Shown here: positions 63,649-64,000 of the stretch, piece after piece
Layout of the letters: each line of letters begins with the position of its first letter
Numbering within the stretch: position 1 is the first letter of the stretch
Assembly (NCBI RefSeq): GCF_022539665.2
Contig: NC_081331.1
Location: 8,804,001-8,868,000, forward strand
Reading direction: 5' to 3'
Source of the DNA: Daphnia carinata
Taxonomy: Eukaryota
DNA length: 64,000 bases
Translations under genes and position numbers: made by a program
Notes under the pieces: model-generated
Told to the model about the DNA's origin: nothing
Seen by the model: only the letters and a program-made list of their open reading frames with translations
Database searches by the model: none

Positions 63649-64000
63649 GTGGGAATATATTTCGACGGGAAACATCAAACAATGACGTTTTTATGAATAG
63701 GCATAGTTAAGTAACCGAAAAATGATTGAGATCGAATAATCTTTCTTTAAATTAAATCATTCGTGGTTATTACCTGACATTTGTCGTCGACATTTCAAAC
63801 GCTTGAATTTTTTAATCGCAATTACGGCATGACTGGTGTCAGTAAGCATTATTGTTTGTACAGAAAATTTTATGCTCTAAATTAGCCACTTTCAAGCACT
63901 TGCTCTACTAGCTGACTATTTCTTGCAATACGTCTGTCCTGGCTTCATGATTGGTTCATCTTAGGCCATCCATTGTCGTGAACACGTAAACAACTGAAGC

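Larger units (their letters stand above)
54687..64000. repeat. Tandem tRNA-gene array, ~1.9-kb unit, at least 5 units, runs off the window
   Basis: Unit starts at 54687, 56520, 58429, 60333 and 62241 (periods 1833, 1909, 1904, 1908); spacers nearly identical. Confidence 0.97.

Noticed and set aside
54687..64000. CRISPR-like repeat-spacer array
   Set aside because: Eukaryotic context; whole 1.9-kb units repeat, spacers are not unique, and there are no cas genes

Overview
Eukaryotic, AT-rich, intron-rich animal DNA. Short ~60-80 bp introns and arthropod-type genes suggest a crustacean, probably Daphnia or a related cladoceran (inference). From left to right: the left half of a palindromic Tc1/mariner-type MITE; an intronless 637-aa coiled-coil ORF; a Claspin pseudogene; and a tandem non-autonomous Gypsy LTR retroelement (10336-17044) with a GATA target-site duplication, a tRNA-Leu primer-binding site, deleted pol and an env-like membrane-anchor remnant. 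Next come a SAM-domain gene resembling Drosophila Samuel/Moses and the right half of the same MITE family. A compact gene cluster follows: DNA ligase I (one GC-AG intron), ACBP, RpL37A, and a Filamin+NHL TRIM2/3-like gene with no visible RING/B-box. A transposon-rich stretch (48.4-54.7 kb) leads into a tandem array of ~1.9-kb units that runs to the end of the window. Each unit carries six tRNA genes (Gln-TTG and Pro-CGG on +; Arg-TCG, Leu-AAG, Pro-TGG and intron-containing Tyr-GTA on -). The edge unit is decaying and the array starts essentially at base 1 of a tRNA-Gln. All identities were judged by eye; no searches were run.
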